A stretch of DNA of 64,000 nucleotides from Methanomassiliicoccaceae archaeon (GTDB lineage: Archaea > Thermoplasmatota > Thermoplasmata > Methanomassiliicoccales > UBA472): the NCBI GenBank assembly GCA_963768775.1, contig CAVYIY010000008.1:386658-450657 (forward strand), read 5' to 3'. The notes under the pieces were generated by a model. That model saw only the letters and a list, made by a program, of their open reading frames with translations, searched no databases and was not told the DNA's origin. Below are positions 20,119 through 29,468 of the stretch, one piece after another (the stretch's first letter is position 1; every line of letters begins with the position of its first letter). Made by a program: the position numbers and the translations under genes.

Positions 20119-20589
20119 TTACCAGTGCATCCTGCGTCCCATCGTTCCCCAGATTACGCCTGAGACCCCCCCGGCGATTATCAACGAGACGATGAAGACG
20201 GCGACGTTCTGATAGGCGTTGTAGTTCTGGGCGTAGAAGAACAGCCAGATGATGAGCCAAGCCAGCCAGGCGATCCAGATGATCGTGGATACCGCTCCCC
20301 TCCACCCGAACCAGCGGTTGCCATGCTGCTGCTTCCATTCCTTCCCAGCGTCGATCTTCCCGGCCATCCTCAGCCCCCAGCTCGCCCACATCGCGGCCAG
20401 GGCGCCGATGACCAGGATGATCGACACTATGATGATGGCCAAGTTCTGATAGATGTCATATCCACCGGCCCAGAAGAATAGCCAGAGGATGAAGAACGCG
20501 AACCATCCCACTCCCAGCATGATGCTGGCGGACACCCGCCATCCCATGCCCGGGACCTCCCACGGACCTTTCACCCCTTCCATCTCCAT
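20119..20589 (-). CDS. four-TM membrane protein built from an internal tandem duplication
   Basis: ORF 20119..20658 starts at TTG; ATG at 20589 (MEMEGVKGPW) is more likely. The two halves align: GWRVSASIML..ILWLFFWAGGYDIYQNLAIIIVS.. with GWRGAVSTII..IIWLFFYAQNYNAYQNVAVFIVS.. Confidence 0.6.
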   Translation of the reverse strand: MEMEGVKGPWEVPGMGWRVSASIMLGVGWFAFFILWLFFWAGGYDIYQNLAIIIVSIILVIGALAAMWASWGLRMAGKIDAGKEWKQQHGNRWFGWRGAVSTIIWIAWLAWLIIWLFFYAQNYNAYQNVAVFIVSLIIAGGVSGVIWGTMGRRMHW

Positions 20590-20661
20590 GACATTCACCA
20601 AGGAATGAAAGGTCGCAGCCAATATATTAATCGGACGAGACCCGAAAGAGCCGCTCAACGA

Positions 20662-21544
20662 TCAGTCCAGCGCCCAGGAGGTCGATTCGGTGATCCGCGG
20701 CCCCCTCCAATCCACCTTGGCCTTGTAGGTCTTGCCGTGCAGCGACAGCACCCTTTCCTGCTCTTTGGCATTCCCGACAGCGAAGATGCTGTTGCCTAGC
20801 ATGGTCATGCTCGCAGGTCCGAAGTCCTCTGCCGCCACCGCCGCCGCCTCCACCTCTTTGGTAGCTAGGCCAGTCCGCTTCATGAAATCGCGCGAGAGGC
20901 GCATCAGGTTGGCCAGCGTGGGCGCGACCGCCATCTTCTCCACGCACTCCTTCCCCACCCGGTTCACCACCGCCCGCTTCTGGGCGTCGTTCAGATACCT
21001 CGGACGTCTCCAGGGGGGCGCCGACCACGCAGAGGGTCACGTCAGGCTCGGCGTTCACCCGGTCGATCCGGCCATAAGGAGGGAGTCCTTCCACCCGGCG
21101 GAAGGTGATCCCTCCCCGGGACAGGGCGGCGACGTCGCCGAGGCCGGTATTGCTCTCGACCTCCGCCTCATGGGCGGCCCGAAGAGCGAATTTGAATGGC
21201 AATTGCAGCGATTCCGTGAGCGCATGCGCGGCCGATAGCGCCCCAGCGGCGCTCATGCCGAACCCTTGGCTCACCGGCAGGTCGAGGTTCGTCCGCACCG
21301 TCACGTCGAGCTTCCTTTCTCCCAGCACCTTCTCCACCGCCTTCCGGGAGACGGGGGCGCGCTCCTCCTTCCCGTCCAGGATTATCAGGACGTCGCCGTT
21401 GCCTTCCTCGGTGTCGACCTCGCTCTCCGCCCCGAGGCTCAAGCAAAGTCCAGCGCCCCTGGAACCGGAGCGCATCGGCTCCTTGTGCTCGCAGATCTGG
21501 AAGAAGCCAGTTACATGACCGGGGCAAAATGCGGTGACCTTCAT
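20662..21544 (-). CDS. GHMP-family pantoate kinase (archaeal CoA pathway, COG1829-like); one frameshift
   Basis: MKVTAFCPGHVTGFF.., and the GHMP motif PVSQGFGMSAAGALS. The frame changes near 20995 (..APLETSEV|LNDAQKRAVVNRVGKE..). Lies 11 nt downstream of coaBC. Confidence 0.65.
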
Positions 21545-21555
21545 GTGACGGACCT

Positions 21556-22752
21556 CTATTCTATCTTCAGTACTTCGTCCAATACGTCGTTCGCCACGCT
21601 CGCCTTGCTGCCGCAGGCCTTGGAGCGGCGACCGTTCTGGCGCAGCATGATGACCTTCGTCTCCCCTGCCTTGACGTCGTGCAGGTCGTTGGCCACGATC
21701 ATCTCCAGCGGGATGCTGTCCAGCCTCGATTTGGCCCGCTTGACCAGCTCCGACTCGCCCACTCCGTGCTCTGCCTTGAATGCTATCAGCTTGACCTTCT
21801 TCTTCCGGATGGCCTCCAGGACCTTGGGGACGGCCTTCAGACTGAGCGTCAGCTCCTTCTTCCCTGAAGGGATCTTCCCCGGCTGGGGCTCGGGCGCGTA
21901 GTCGGCCAGTGCGGCGGGCACCAGGACCACCTCCTGGTCGATGTCCCTTACCATCTTCAACAAGCTCTCGACAGTGGTGAATCTCTTCGTGGGCAGAAAA
22001 GTCGGCAATGGCACGGAGCAGCGCCCCATCCACAGCTCCACCTCCGCCCCCCTGAGGTAGGCGGCGCGAGCCAGCTCGACGGCGGTCTCTCCCGTCCCGC
22101 GGTTGGTGATCACGCGCATCTCGTCGATGCGCTCTTCCGACGAGCCGCCGATCACCAGCACTCTCCTTCCCTGGAAATCGTTTTTCCCCAGGTGGCGCTG
22201 GACGGCCGTGACTATCTCGGCGGTGTCGGCGATCCTTGCCTTCTTCCCTTCCACTCTCGGGCCGAGGAATTCTACCCCGACCTGCTTCAGCTTCTCCACG
22301 TTCTGCTGGATGATGGGATTGGTGTACATGGTGAGGTGCATCGCCGGGGCGATGATGATCGGCACTTTCGAACCCAGGGCCGTGGTGGCCATGGTCGTCA
22401 CCGGCGTGTCGTCGATGCCGCAGGCGATCTTGGAGATGGTGTTAGCCGTGCAAGGAGCGATGAGGAGAAGATCCGCTCGGTCAGGCACGTTCCCGAAGAG
22501 CGAGACGTGCTGCACCCGGCCATCGATGACATCGATGACCTCGTTCCCGGTGGCGAACTCCATCGCCCAGGGCGTGATCAGGTTCATGGCCTCCTCGCTC
22601 ATGACCGCCTGGACGTTGGCGCCGTGCCGGATCAGCTCTCGGGCCAGCTCGAAGCATTCGACGGCAGCGATGCTGCCGGTGATGCCCAGGACGATCCGCT
22701 TGCCAGAGAGTGCCTTGCTGCTGCTCCCCCTCAGGCTCTCCGACGGATGCAT
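21556..22752 (-). CDS. coaBC: bifunctional phosphopantothenoylcysteine decarboxylase / phosphopantothenate-cysteine ligase
   Basis: 398 aa. Flavoprotein N-terminus VLGITGSIAAVE, PCTANT, and a C-terminal CoaB-type domain. Confidence 0.9.
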   Translation of the reverse strand: MHPSESLRGSSSKALSGKRIVLGITGSIAAVECFELARELIRHGANVQAVMSEEAMNLITPWAMEFATGNEVIDVIDGRVQHVSLFGNVPDRADLLLIAPCTANTISKIACGIDDTPVTTMATTALGSKVPIIIAPAMHLTMYTNPIIQQNVEKLKQVGVEFLGPRVEGKKARIADTAEIVTAVQRHLGKNDFQGRRVLVIGGSSEERIDEMRVITNRGTGETAVELARAAYLRGAEVELWMGRCSVPLPTFLPTKRFTTVESLLKMVRDIDQEVVLVPAALADYAPEPQPGKIPSGKKELTLSLKAVPKVLEAIRKKKVKLIAFKAEHGVGESELVKRAKSRLDSIPLEMIVANDLHDVKAGETKVIMLRQNGRRSKACGSKASVANDVLDEVLKIE

Positions 22753-22776
22753 AACGCCTCATCCATTAAAATCGAC

Positions 22777-23454
22777 TTAAAGCTTCGCTCTGATGGCCGC
22801 CAGTGCTATTTGGATGACCTGCTCGAGCGGCCTCGATGCGTCCACGGTGAAATAGGTGGGGTCGTCCATGCAAAGGAAGCGGTAGACTAGGTCCACCTCC
22901 CTCAGGTATTCCAGGTTCTCGAACTTGCTGATGCCCGAGCGCTGCTTGAGCCGCTCCAGCGCCATCTCCACCCGGATGGTGAAGAGCAGCGTCAGGTCCG
23001 GGGGGACTATGATCGGCTCGTTCACCGCCTTGAGCCATTCGATGGCATTCTTCATCCCCATGGACTCCTTCAGCGCCGCCCCTTGGTAGGCGATGGTGGA
23101 AGCGTAATATCGGTCGCAGAGGACGATCTTCCCCTCCTTGAGCCATTGGTCGATCCTCCGGCCATGCTCGGCCCGGTCGGCGACGAACAGCAGCGCTTCC
23201 GTAGTCGCAGCCACGTTCTCCTTGTGGCTGCGTCGGACGCAGTCCCCCAGCCAGGTCTCGGTGGGCTCGGCGGTGAGCACGACCCTCCCTGGCATTTCCC
23301 TGCTCAGAATATCGAAGAGGCTTCTGGCCGCGGAGCTCTTTCCGCTGCCATCTATGCCTTCGAGCACCACGAACAGGCCTCTTTTCGCGCCCGCTTCGGC
23401 TTCGCTCTCGGCGCTCACCAACGAGTCCTTCTCCGCTTGAGCCATGGCGCTCAT
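22777..23454 (-). CDS. tmk: thymidylate kinase
   Basis: P-loop LEGIDGSGKSS and the DRYYAST motif. The start is uncertain; the ORF extends to 23550 and the ATG at 23454 or 23445 is more plausible. Confidence 0.8.
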   Translation of the reverse strand: MSAMAQAEKDSLVSAESEAEAGAKRGLFVVLEGIDGSGKSSAARSLFDILSREMPGRVVLTAEPTETWLGDCVRRSHKENVAATTEALLFVADRAEHGRRIDQWLKEGKIVLCDRYYASTIAYQGAALKESMGMKNAIEWLKAVNEPIIVPPDLTLLFTIRVEMALERLKQRSGISKFENLEYLREVDLVYRFLCMDDPTYFTVDASRPLEQVIQIALAAIRAKL

Positions 23455-23597
23455 GACTCGGCTATGGCCCGAAGGGACAAAAAAGCCTCGCTTCATTCGG
23501 GAGAGCTCGTGGTATGTCAGGTCCTGCCATGAGAATCCCTGTCTGGCCAAAACCGCATATACCGATTAGCGGGATTCCCCGAAGCGGTGGTACAAGA

Positions 23598-24602
23598 ATG
23601 ACCGTGGTCAAGACTCTCATCCTCACTGGCAAGCAGGTCGAGAAGTTGCTGGACATGAAGGACGTCATCGATGCGGTGGAGATTGCCTTCCGCTATAAGG
23701 GACTGGGAAAGGTGCAGATGCCCCCCAAGGTCTACATGGACTATCCAAAGGGCGACCTCCGGACCATGCCTTCCTACGTCGAGGATCTGAACATCTCGGC
23801 GGTCAAGATCGTCAACGTGCACGCTGACAACTTCAAAGAGCATGGCATGAGGACGGTTATGGGCACGCTGCTCCTCGTCGACCCGAGCACCGGGGCGCCC
23901 TTGGCATTCATGGACGCGACAATCCTCACCGGCCTGCGCACCGGGGCGGCGAGCGCGGTCGCCTCCAAGTACCTGGCGAACAAGAAGCCCAAGGTCCTGG
24001 GCATCGTCGGAGCGGGCAACCAGGCCAAGACTCAGATCGTGGCGCTCATGACCCAGTACGGGGCTTTCGAAGCTGTCTGGGTTTGCGACACCCTGCCCGA
24101 GCGCGCCTGGGAATTGGCGCGGGACTTCGGCAAGAAGTACGGGGATAGGCTAGGGCCGATCGAGGCCACCCCGTCCCCCAAGGAATGCGTAGTCGGCTCG
24201 GACATCGTCGTCACCGCCACTCCGTCCAGAAAGCCGATCGTAATGGACCAATGGGTCGGAAAGGGCACGCACATCAACTGCATCGGGGCGGACGCGCCGG
24301 GCAAGCAGGAGCTGGACCCGATGATCCTGAGGCGAGCGCGGGTCGTCATCGACGATTGGGAGCAGGCCTCCCATTCGGGGGAGATCAACGTGCCCTTGCA
24401 TGCCGGCATCTTCTCGCGCAGCGACGTCTACGCCGAGATCGGCCCAGTTGTCGCCGGCCTGAAATCGGTGAGAGGCTCGAAGGACCAGGTCACCGTGTTC
24501 TGCTCCACCGGCCTGGCGATCCAAGACTGCGTAACCGCGAAGCTCGTCTACGACGCCGCGCTGAAGCAGAATGTCGGTAAGTTCATGCAGATAATACCCT
24601 GA
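23598..24602 (+). CDS. ornithine cyclodeaminase/mu-crystallin family protein (archaeal alanine dehydrogenase-like)
   Basis: MTVVKTLILTGKQVEKLL.. from the ATG at 23598. Rossmann loop GIVGAGNQA and a ..GADAPGKQELD motif. Confidence 0.8.
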   Translation: MTVVKTLILTGKQVEKLLDMKDVIDAVEIAFRYKGLGKVQMPPKVYMDYPKGDLRTMPSYVEDLNISAVKIVNVHADNFKEHGMRTVMGTLLLVDPSTGAPLAFMDATILTGLRTGAASAVASKYLANKKPKVLGIVGAGNQAKTQIVALMTQYGAFEAVWVCDTLPERAWELARDFGKKYGDRLGPIEATPSPKECVVGSDIVVTATPSRKPIVMDQWVGKGTHINCIGADAPGKQELDPMILRRARVVIDDWEQASHSGEINVPLHAGIFSRSDVYAEIGPVVAGLKSVRGSKDQVTVFCSTGLAIQDCVTAKLVYDAALKQNVGKFMQIIP

Positions 24603-24643
24603 GCCAGTATTCGCGCTAACCCCTTCCGTCAGGGGAGAAGGCG

Positions 24644-26120
24644 CTAGACCTTCGCCCCTGCCCCTCTCCTCTTGTACGCTCGGTAGCTCAGGATCGCTTC
24701 CTTGGCGGCGTAGACCTCGTCCACCTTCCCCACTGCGGTGTTGTGCGGCGCCGAGCGGACCAGTTCCGGGTCTTCTGCAGCGATGCGCTTCATCACTGCT
24801 GCGAACTCGTCCAGCGTCTCTTTGGTCTCCGTCTCCGTCGGCTCGATCATGAGCGCTTCCTCGACCAGGCTGGGGAAGTAGATAGTCGGGGCATGATAGC
24901 CGTAGTCCAGGAGGCGCTTGGCAATGTCTAGCGCCCTGATCCCCCTCTGCTCCTTGAGCGGCTTCGCGCTCACCACGAACTCGTGCTTCCTCAATTCTCG
25001 GAACGGCAGCGGGTAGACGTCCATTAGCTGCTTCTTGAGATAATTCGAGTTCAGCACCGCCCGGTCCGAGGCGTTCTTCAATCCGTCCCCTCCCATCCTG
25101 AGAATGTAAGCATAAGCGCGGACCAGCACGGCGAAGTTACCGTAGAAGGAGCGAACCTTGCCGATGCTCTCCGGGCGATCGTAGTCCAAGGTGTACTTGG
25201 AATCCCTGACCACTATCCTGGGCGTCGGCAGGAATGGCGCGATGCGCTCCTTGACGCCGACCGGCCCCGCCCCCGGACCTCCGCCGCCGTGCGGGGTGGC
25301 GAAGGTCTTGTGCAGGTTGAAGTGCACGATGTCGAAGTCCATTTTGCCCGGGGTCGTTCGTCCCATCACCGCGTTCAGGTTCGCTCCGTCGTAGTAGAGC
25401 AGCGCGCCCGCCCGATGCACCGTGCTCGCAATCTCCTGGATCTCCTCCTCGAATATGCCCAGGGTGTTCGGGTTGGTGATCATTAGCGCGGCCGTCCGCT
25501 CGGACATGGCCGCCTTCAGCGCCTCCAGGTCGACAATGCCGTCCTTCGAGGAGGGGATCTCCACGACGCGATAGCCGGCCATGGCCGCGCTCGCGGGATT
25601 GGTCCCGTGCGCCGAATCCGGTATGACCACTTCGTCCCGGTCCTCGCCCCGGCTGGCATGGAACGCCTTGGTCAGCAGCATGCCGGTGAACTCGCCATGC
25701 GCGCCGGCAGCGGGTTGCAACGTCACCGCATCCATGCCCGATATCTCGCACAGCGCTTGCTCCAACTCGTACATTATCTGCAGCGCCCCTTGCACCGTCT
25801 CTTCCGCCTGGTAGGGGTGGATGCAGTTGACGCTCGGCAAGGAGGTCAGATAGTCGGCGTACTTGGGGTTGAACTTCATGGTGCAGGAACCGAGCGGGTA
25901 GAGGCCGTTGTCCACGCCGTAGTTCATCTGGCTCAGGTTCGTGTAATGCTTCACCACCTCCCGCTCGGGAAGCGAAGGCAGGTCTAGCGTCTCCCTGCTT
26001 CATGTTGGCCGGGACGGCAACGTCGTCATCGGTCAGCGAGCGCAGGAAGGGAAGGTCGAAGTCTGAGCGGCCGTTGCGCTCCATGATCAGGCGGCGGTCG
26101 TGCTTGGCCTGTTGGTACAT
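24644..26120 (-). CDS. gcvPB: glycine dehydrogenase (decarboxylating) subunit 2; one frameshift near the 5' end
   Basis: 437-aa ORF with the PLP-Lys motif NLHKTF. The N-terminal 42 aa (MYQQAKHDRRLIMERNG..PANMKQ) are in another frame; the junction is at the CCC run near 25994. Confidence 0.9.
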
Positions 26121-27450
26121 CAGGCCACCTCCCGCAGCGCCCGAACCAGTGCGTCCTGGTCCTCATCGGAATGCATCTCCGTCGTCGCCACCAGCATGTG
26201 ATGCTCCAGCCGGGGAACGTGGGCCGCGAGCGGCAGCCCTCCGATTATGCCGTGCTTGAGCAGCAGCCGGTTCAGCTTCTCCGGCCGGGCCGGCGTCCGC
26301 ACCACGAACTCGTTGAAGTGACTTCCCTCGAAGGCGGGGGAGGCGAAGCCCTCCAGTTCGTCGATCAGATCCATGAGCCGTCTTGCCCGGGCGATGTTCA
26401 CCTTCGCCAGGTTCTGCAGGCCTTCCTTCCCCAGGAGGCTGAGGTAGACGCTGGCGGCGACGGCCATCAGCGCCTCGTTGGTGCAGATGTTCGAGGTCGC
26501 CTTGGCGCGCCTGATGTGCTGCTCCCGCGTCTGCAGCGTCATGCAGAATGCCCTCTCCCCTTTGGAGTCGTGCGTCATGCCGATCACCCGGCCGGGCATC
26601 TTGCGCACATGCTCCTGCCGGCAGGCGAAGATGCCGAGCAGCGGTCCGCCGAAGTTCATGTCCAGGCCGAGCGACTGCCCTTCGCCGATGACGATGTCCG
26701 CGCCGTAGTCGCCCGGCGCCTTCAGCACGCCCGAGAGAGATCGGGTCGACGCCGACGACCAGTGCGACGTCGGGGAACTCCTGCTTCAGGAAAGAGGCTT
26801 GGCGCGTCGATCACCCCGAAGAAGTTCGGCACCTCGACGTAGATGCCGCAGGTGTCCTGGATCGACCTTCGATCCGCATGTCCTCCAGGTCCAGCTCCCC
26901 GCTGACCGGGTCGTAGCCGTACTGCGACGACCTCGAGCCCCAGCCCGAGGACGTAGTTGCTCAGCACGCTCTTCTTCTCCCAGCTCAGCGCCTCGGGGAC
27001 GAGGAAGCGCTTCTTCTCGTTGAGGCGGTAGCACATGGTCGCCGCCTCCCCCAGGGCGGTCGAGGCATCGTAGTTGGAGGAATTGACGGCGTCGAGGCCA
27101 GTGAGCTCAGCGATGTAGCTCTGGTATTCGAAGAGCGCCTGCAGCATGCCCTGGCTGATCTCCGGCTGGTACGGCGTGTAAGAGGTGAGGAACTCCGAGC
27201 GGCCGACGATGGTGCGCACGGCCGCAGGAATGAAATGATGGGATATGCCGGCGCCGAGGAAGCAGGGATGATCGTCGGCGGTCAGGTTCTTGGCCAATAT
27301 CGCCTTGAGGTCGCGCACCACCTCGAGCTCCGATCTGCCGGCCGGGAGGCGCAGGCCCTCGATCCGCACTGCCTCAGGCACGTCGACGAAAAGCTCGTCC
27401 AGGCTCGAAAGGCCCAAGGACGCCAACATCTCCGTCTCTTGGCTCATCAC
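26120..27450 (-). CDS. gcvPA: glycine dehydrogenase (decarboxylating) subunit 1; four clustered frameshifts
   Basis: ORFs 26722..27450 and 26120..26728. Hand re-framing near 26918, 26868, 26790 and 26735 restores ..YGYDPVSGELDLEDMRIE..SIQDTCGIYVEVPNFFGVIDAPSLFLKQEFPDVALVVGVDPISLGVLKAPGDYG.. Confidence 0.9.
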
Positions 27451-27531
27451 GACCCCGTCTCGTTACGGACCTGGTCGTGATTAAAGGCTTTCCGCCAGCG
27501 TGCGCCTGGATATCATGCGATGGCGTGCCAT

Positions 27532-27986
27532 TCATCGCTCCCGGTCGGCCATCTTCTTGAGCTTGTCGAACTTCTCGATGATGAGGGGATTCTGCGAGAG
27601 CCCCACCAGGCGGGAATAGAACGCCGGCAGCGATTCGATGTCCTTGATGTCCTTCTTCACCAGGATGACCAACCTCATTCGGATGTGATCGTCGAAGCGG
27701 ATGCCGTTGGCGCTCAGCGAGGAACGTAGAAGTTGAGCCAGTTGCCCGCCCTTGCGGTCCCAATCGGTGAGGATGACCGCCTCCTTCTGCTCCTTGGCCA
27801 GCTTTTCCGCGACAGAGAAGATGGAGTTCGGCCCCTGCACCTGCCAGACCTCTCCGCCCACGCCGAGGACGGTAAGGCCGCCCGGTCCTTCAGGCCTTCC
27901 ACCAGGACGACCTGGTTGGCCGGACGGTCGCGTAGCTCCTCCAGCAGCCAGGTGAGCTCCTCCAGCACCTCGCGCGGATCTCTCAT
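27532..27986 (-). CDS. small Toprim-domain protein (RNase M5/primase-like, COG1658-type); one frameshift
   Basis: MRDPREVLEELTW..VVLVEGLKDRAAL, then after a shift near 27873, ..VLGVGGEVWQ..AVILTDWDRKGGQLA (Toprim E and DxD motifs). Confidence 0.6.
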
Positions 27987-28280
27987 TTTGGGCCATCCAG
28001 TTTCCGGAGCACCTCGTCTACGCCGATCGCGACGAGCACGGTCTTCATCCGCGCGGTATGCCCGCGAATCGACCTTCGCTTCGCTGCCCAGCTTCTCGGT
28101 CAGCAGCTTCTCCAGCTCGGCGTTGGCCTCTCCCTTCTCCGGGGGCGAGCGCAGCTTGACCGTCACCCTCTTCCTCCATTGGTCCACGCCGACTATCTCC
28201 GAGCGTCCGGAGTTCGGCGAGACCAGGAGGTCGATCTCCGTCCCCTCCTTGCTGCGATGTACCGCGACCGAGGCATCCAC
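27983..28280 (-). CDS. DUF167 (YggU/UPF0235) family protein; one frameshift
   Basis: ..IDLLVSPNSGRSEIVG..VKLRSPPEKGEANAEL.. then a shift near 28065 restores GHTARMKTVLVAIGVDEVLRKLDGPK-stop. The stop overlaps the Toprim start (ATGA). Confidence 0.6.
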
Positions 28281-28366
28281 GCCTGGAAATGACGGGACGG
28301 TTTACTAAAGCCTTTGCCATCCAGCTTCGCGGTCAAAACGCTAGCTCTAGATGAATCGGATAGCAT

Positions 28367-28373
28367 CAAATAT
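28367..28373 (+). promoter_or_regulatory. TATA-box-like element (CAAATAT)
   Basis: Centred about 26 nt upstream of the ATG at 28396. Confidence 0.3.
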
Positions 28374-28395
28374 CCTCAGTCGAATGTGTAGTTCG

Positions 28396-29211
28396 ATGCC
28401 GAGCCCGCTGAAGCCTCTCGACTACCAGGAGGTGATGGATATCTGGCGCAAGGAGAAGGACCTGAAGAGCCTTGCCGAGCTGAGGAGGGACTTCTTCCCA
28501 GAGGTCAAGGCATTCGTCAGCCGGCTGAAGGAGGAGGCGCAAGCGGAATCGGCGAAGGATCCCTATTCTACCAAGACCCGTTCGCTGAACGTGCAGGTTG
28601 CGAACGTCACCGAGAAGGTGACGCAGGTCTTCGAAATACGTATGGAGAAGATCCTGCGCATGGCGATCAGGGGGGCGAGCGGGGGGAAGGTGGAGACCAC
28701 GCGCATGGTCGACGAGGAGAAGGCGTACTTCGAGCACGTATTCACTTTAACGAAAGAGATCCGGGCGCGGGAGATTGACCCGACCAAGACGCAGAAGGAG
28801 CCAGGATTCCAGCCGCTCACAGTCCCCGATTCGGGGAATGGCCAGGTTGTTGCAGGAGCGGCATCGGCAGAGAACGTCCAGCCGGCAACGATCGTCGTTC
28901 CAAGAGCCGCGGAGGCGCAGCCATGCGTCCCAGTACCACCGAAGCAGCAGGCTATCGAGGCGGTTGCGAGCATTGCGCCGCAATCTGTTGCATCATTATC
29001 CCCGTCTTCACCACCGACCACAGCGACGGAGACCAAGCAAGATGTAAAGGAACTCCTGGTGTTGCGCATCCTAGAGGACATCCCGTCGTTCGCCGGGCCG
29101 TTCGGCAACTACAAGCTGAGGCGGGAGGACGTCGCTACCCTGCCGACAGGAATTGCCAAGGCCTTGATAAAGCGCGGCAAGGCAGTAGAGATAATGATCG
29201 CGAGGACGTGA
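28396..29211 (+). CDS. GINS-like replication protein (Gins51/Gins15-type) with a long Pro/Ala-rich insert
   Basis: Helical N-terminal domain (..LKSLAELRRDFFPEV..). C-terminal LRILEDIPSFAGPFGNYKLRREDVATLPTGIAKALIKRGKAVEI resembles a GINS domain. Call is from memory of family motifs. Confidence 0.45.
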   Translation: MPSPLKPLDYQEVMDIWRKEKDLKSLAELRRDFFPEVKAFVSRLKEEAQAESAKDPYSTKTRSLNVQVANVTEKVTQVFEIRMEKILRMAIRGASGGKVETTRMVDEEKAYFEHVFTLTKEIRAREIDPTKTQKEPGFQPLTVPDSGNGQVVAGAASAENVQPATIVVPRAAEAQPCVPVPPKQQAIEAVASIAPQSVASLSPSSPPTTATETKQDVKELLVLRILEDIPSFAGPFGNYKLRREDVATLPTGIAKALIKRGKAVEIMIART

Positions 29212-29316
29212 GCCTCTCGCATGACGGGCAGACATCCAGATGGTGGGAATTCTCTCCCTCGCAGGGCGTGCGGGTTCGATATCTTTATTAGTACCAACCT
29301 TATTTGCCCGAAACAC

Positions 29317-29393
29317 GGGCCCGTAGCTCAGCTAGGTGGAGCAATCGGCTCTTAACCGATGGGTCGTGGGTTCGAATCCCACCGGGCCCGCCA
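29317..29393 (+). tRNA. tRNA-Lys (anticodon CUU), 3' CCA encoded
   Basis: Hand-folded cloverleaf: GGGCCCG/CGGGCCC acceptor stem, GCTC/GAGC D stem, ATCGG-CTCTTAA-CCGAT anticodon arm, GTGGG-TTCGAAT-CCCAC T arm, discriminator G, CCA. Confidence 0.9.
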
Positions 29394-29468
29394 TCGGATT
29401 ATCCATTCAGTCACCAAGAAGCCTCCTAAAGGCTCATCCAATTCTTATTCAATCTGCAATGATTTCTG

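Noticed and set aside
29394-29468. Integrated mobile element at tRNA-Lys
   Set aside because: No integrase, transposase or duplicated tRNA 3' end was found within the window. Only a modest GC drop is present, so it is kept as a low-key finding rather than a mobile-element call.
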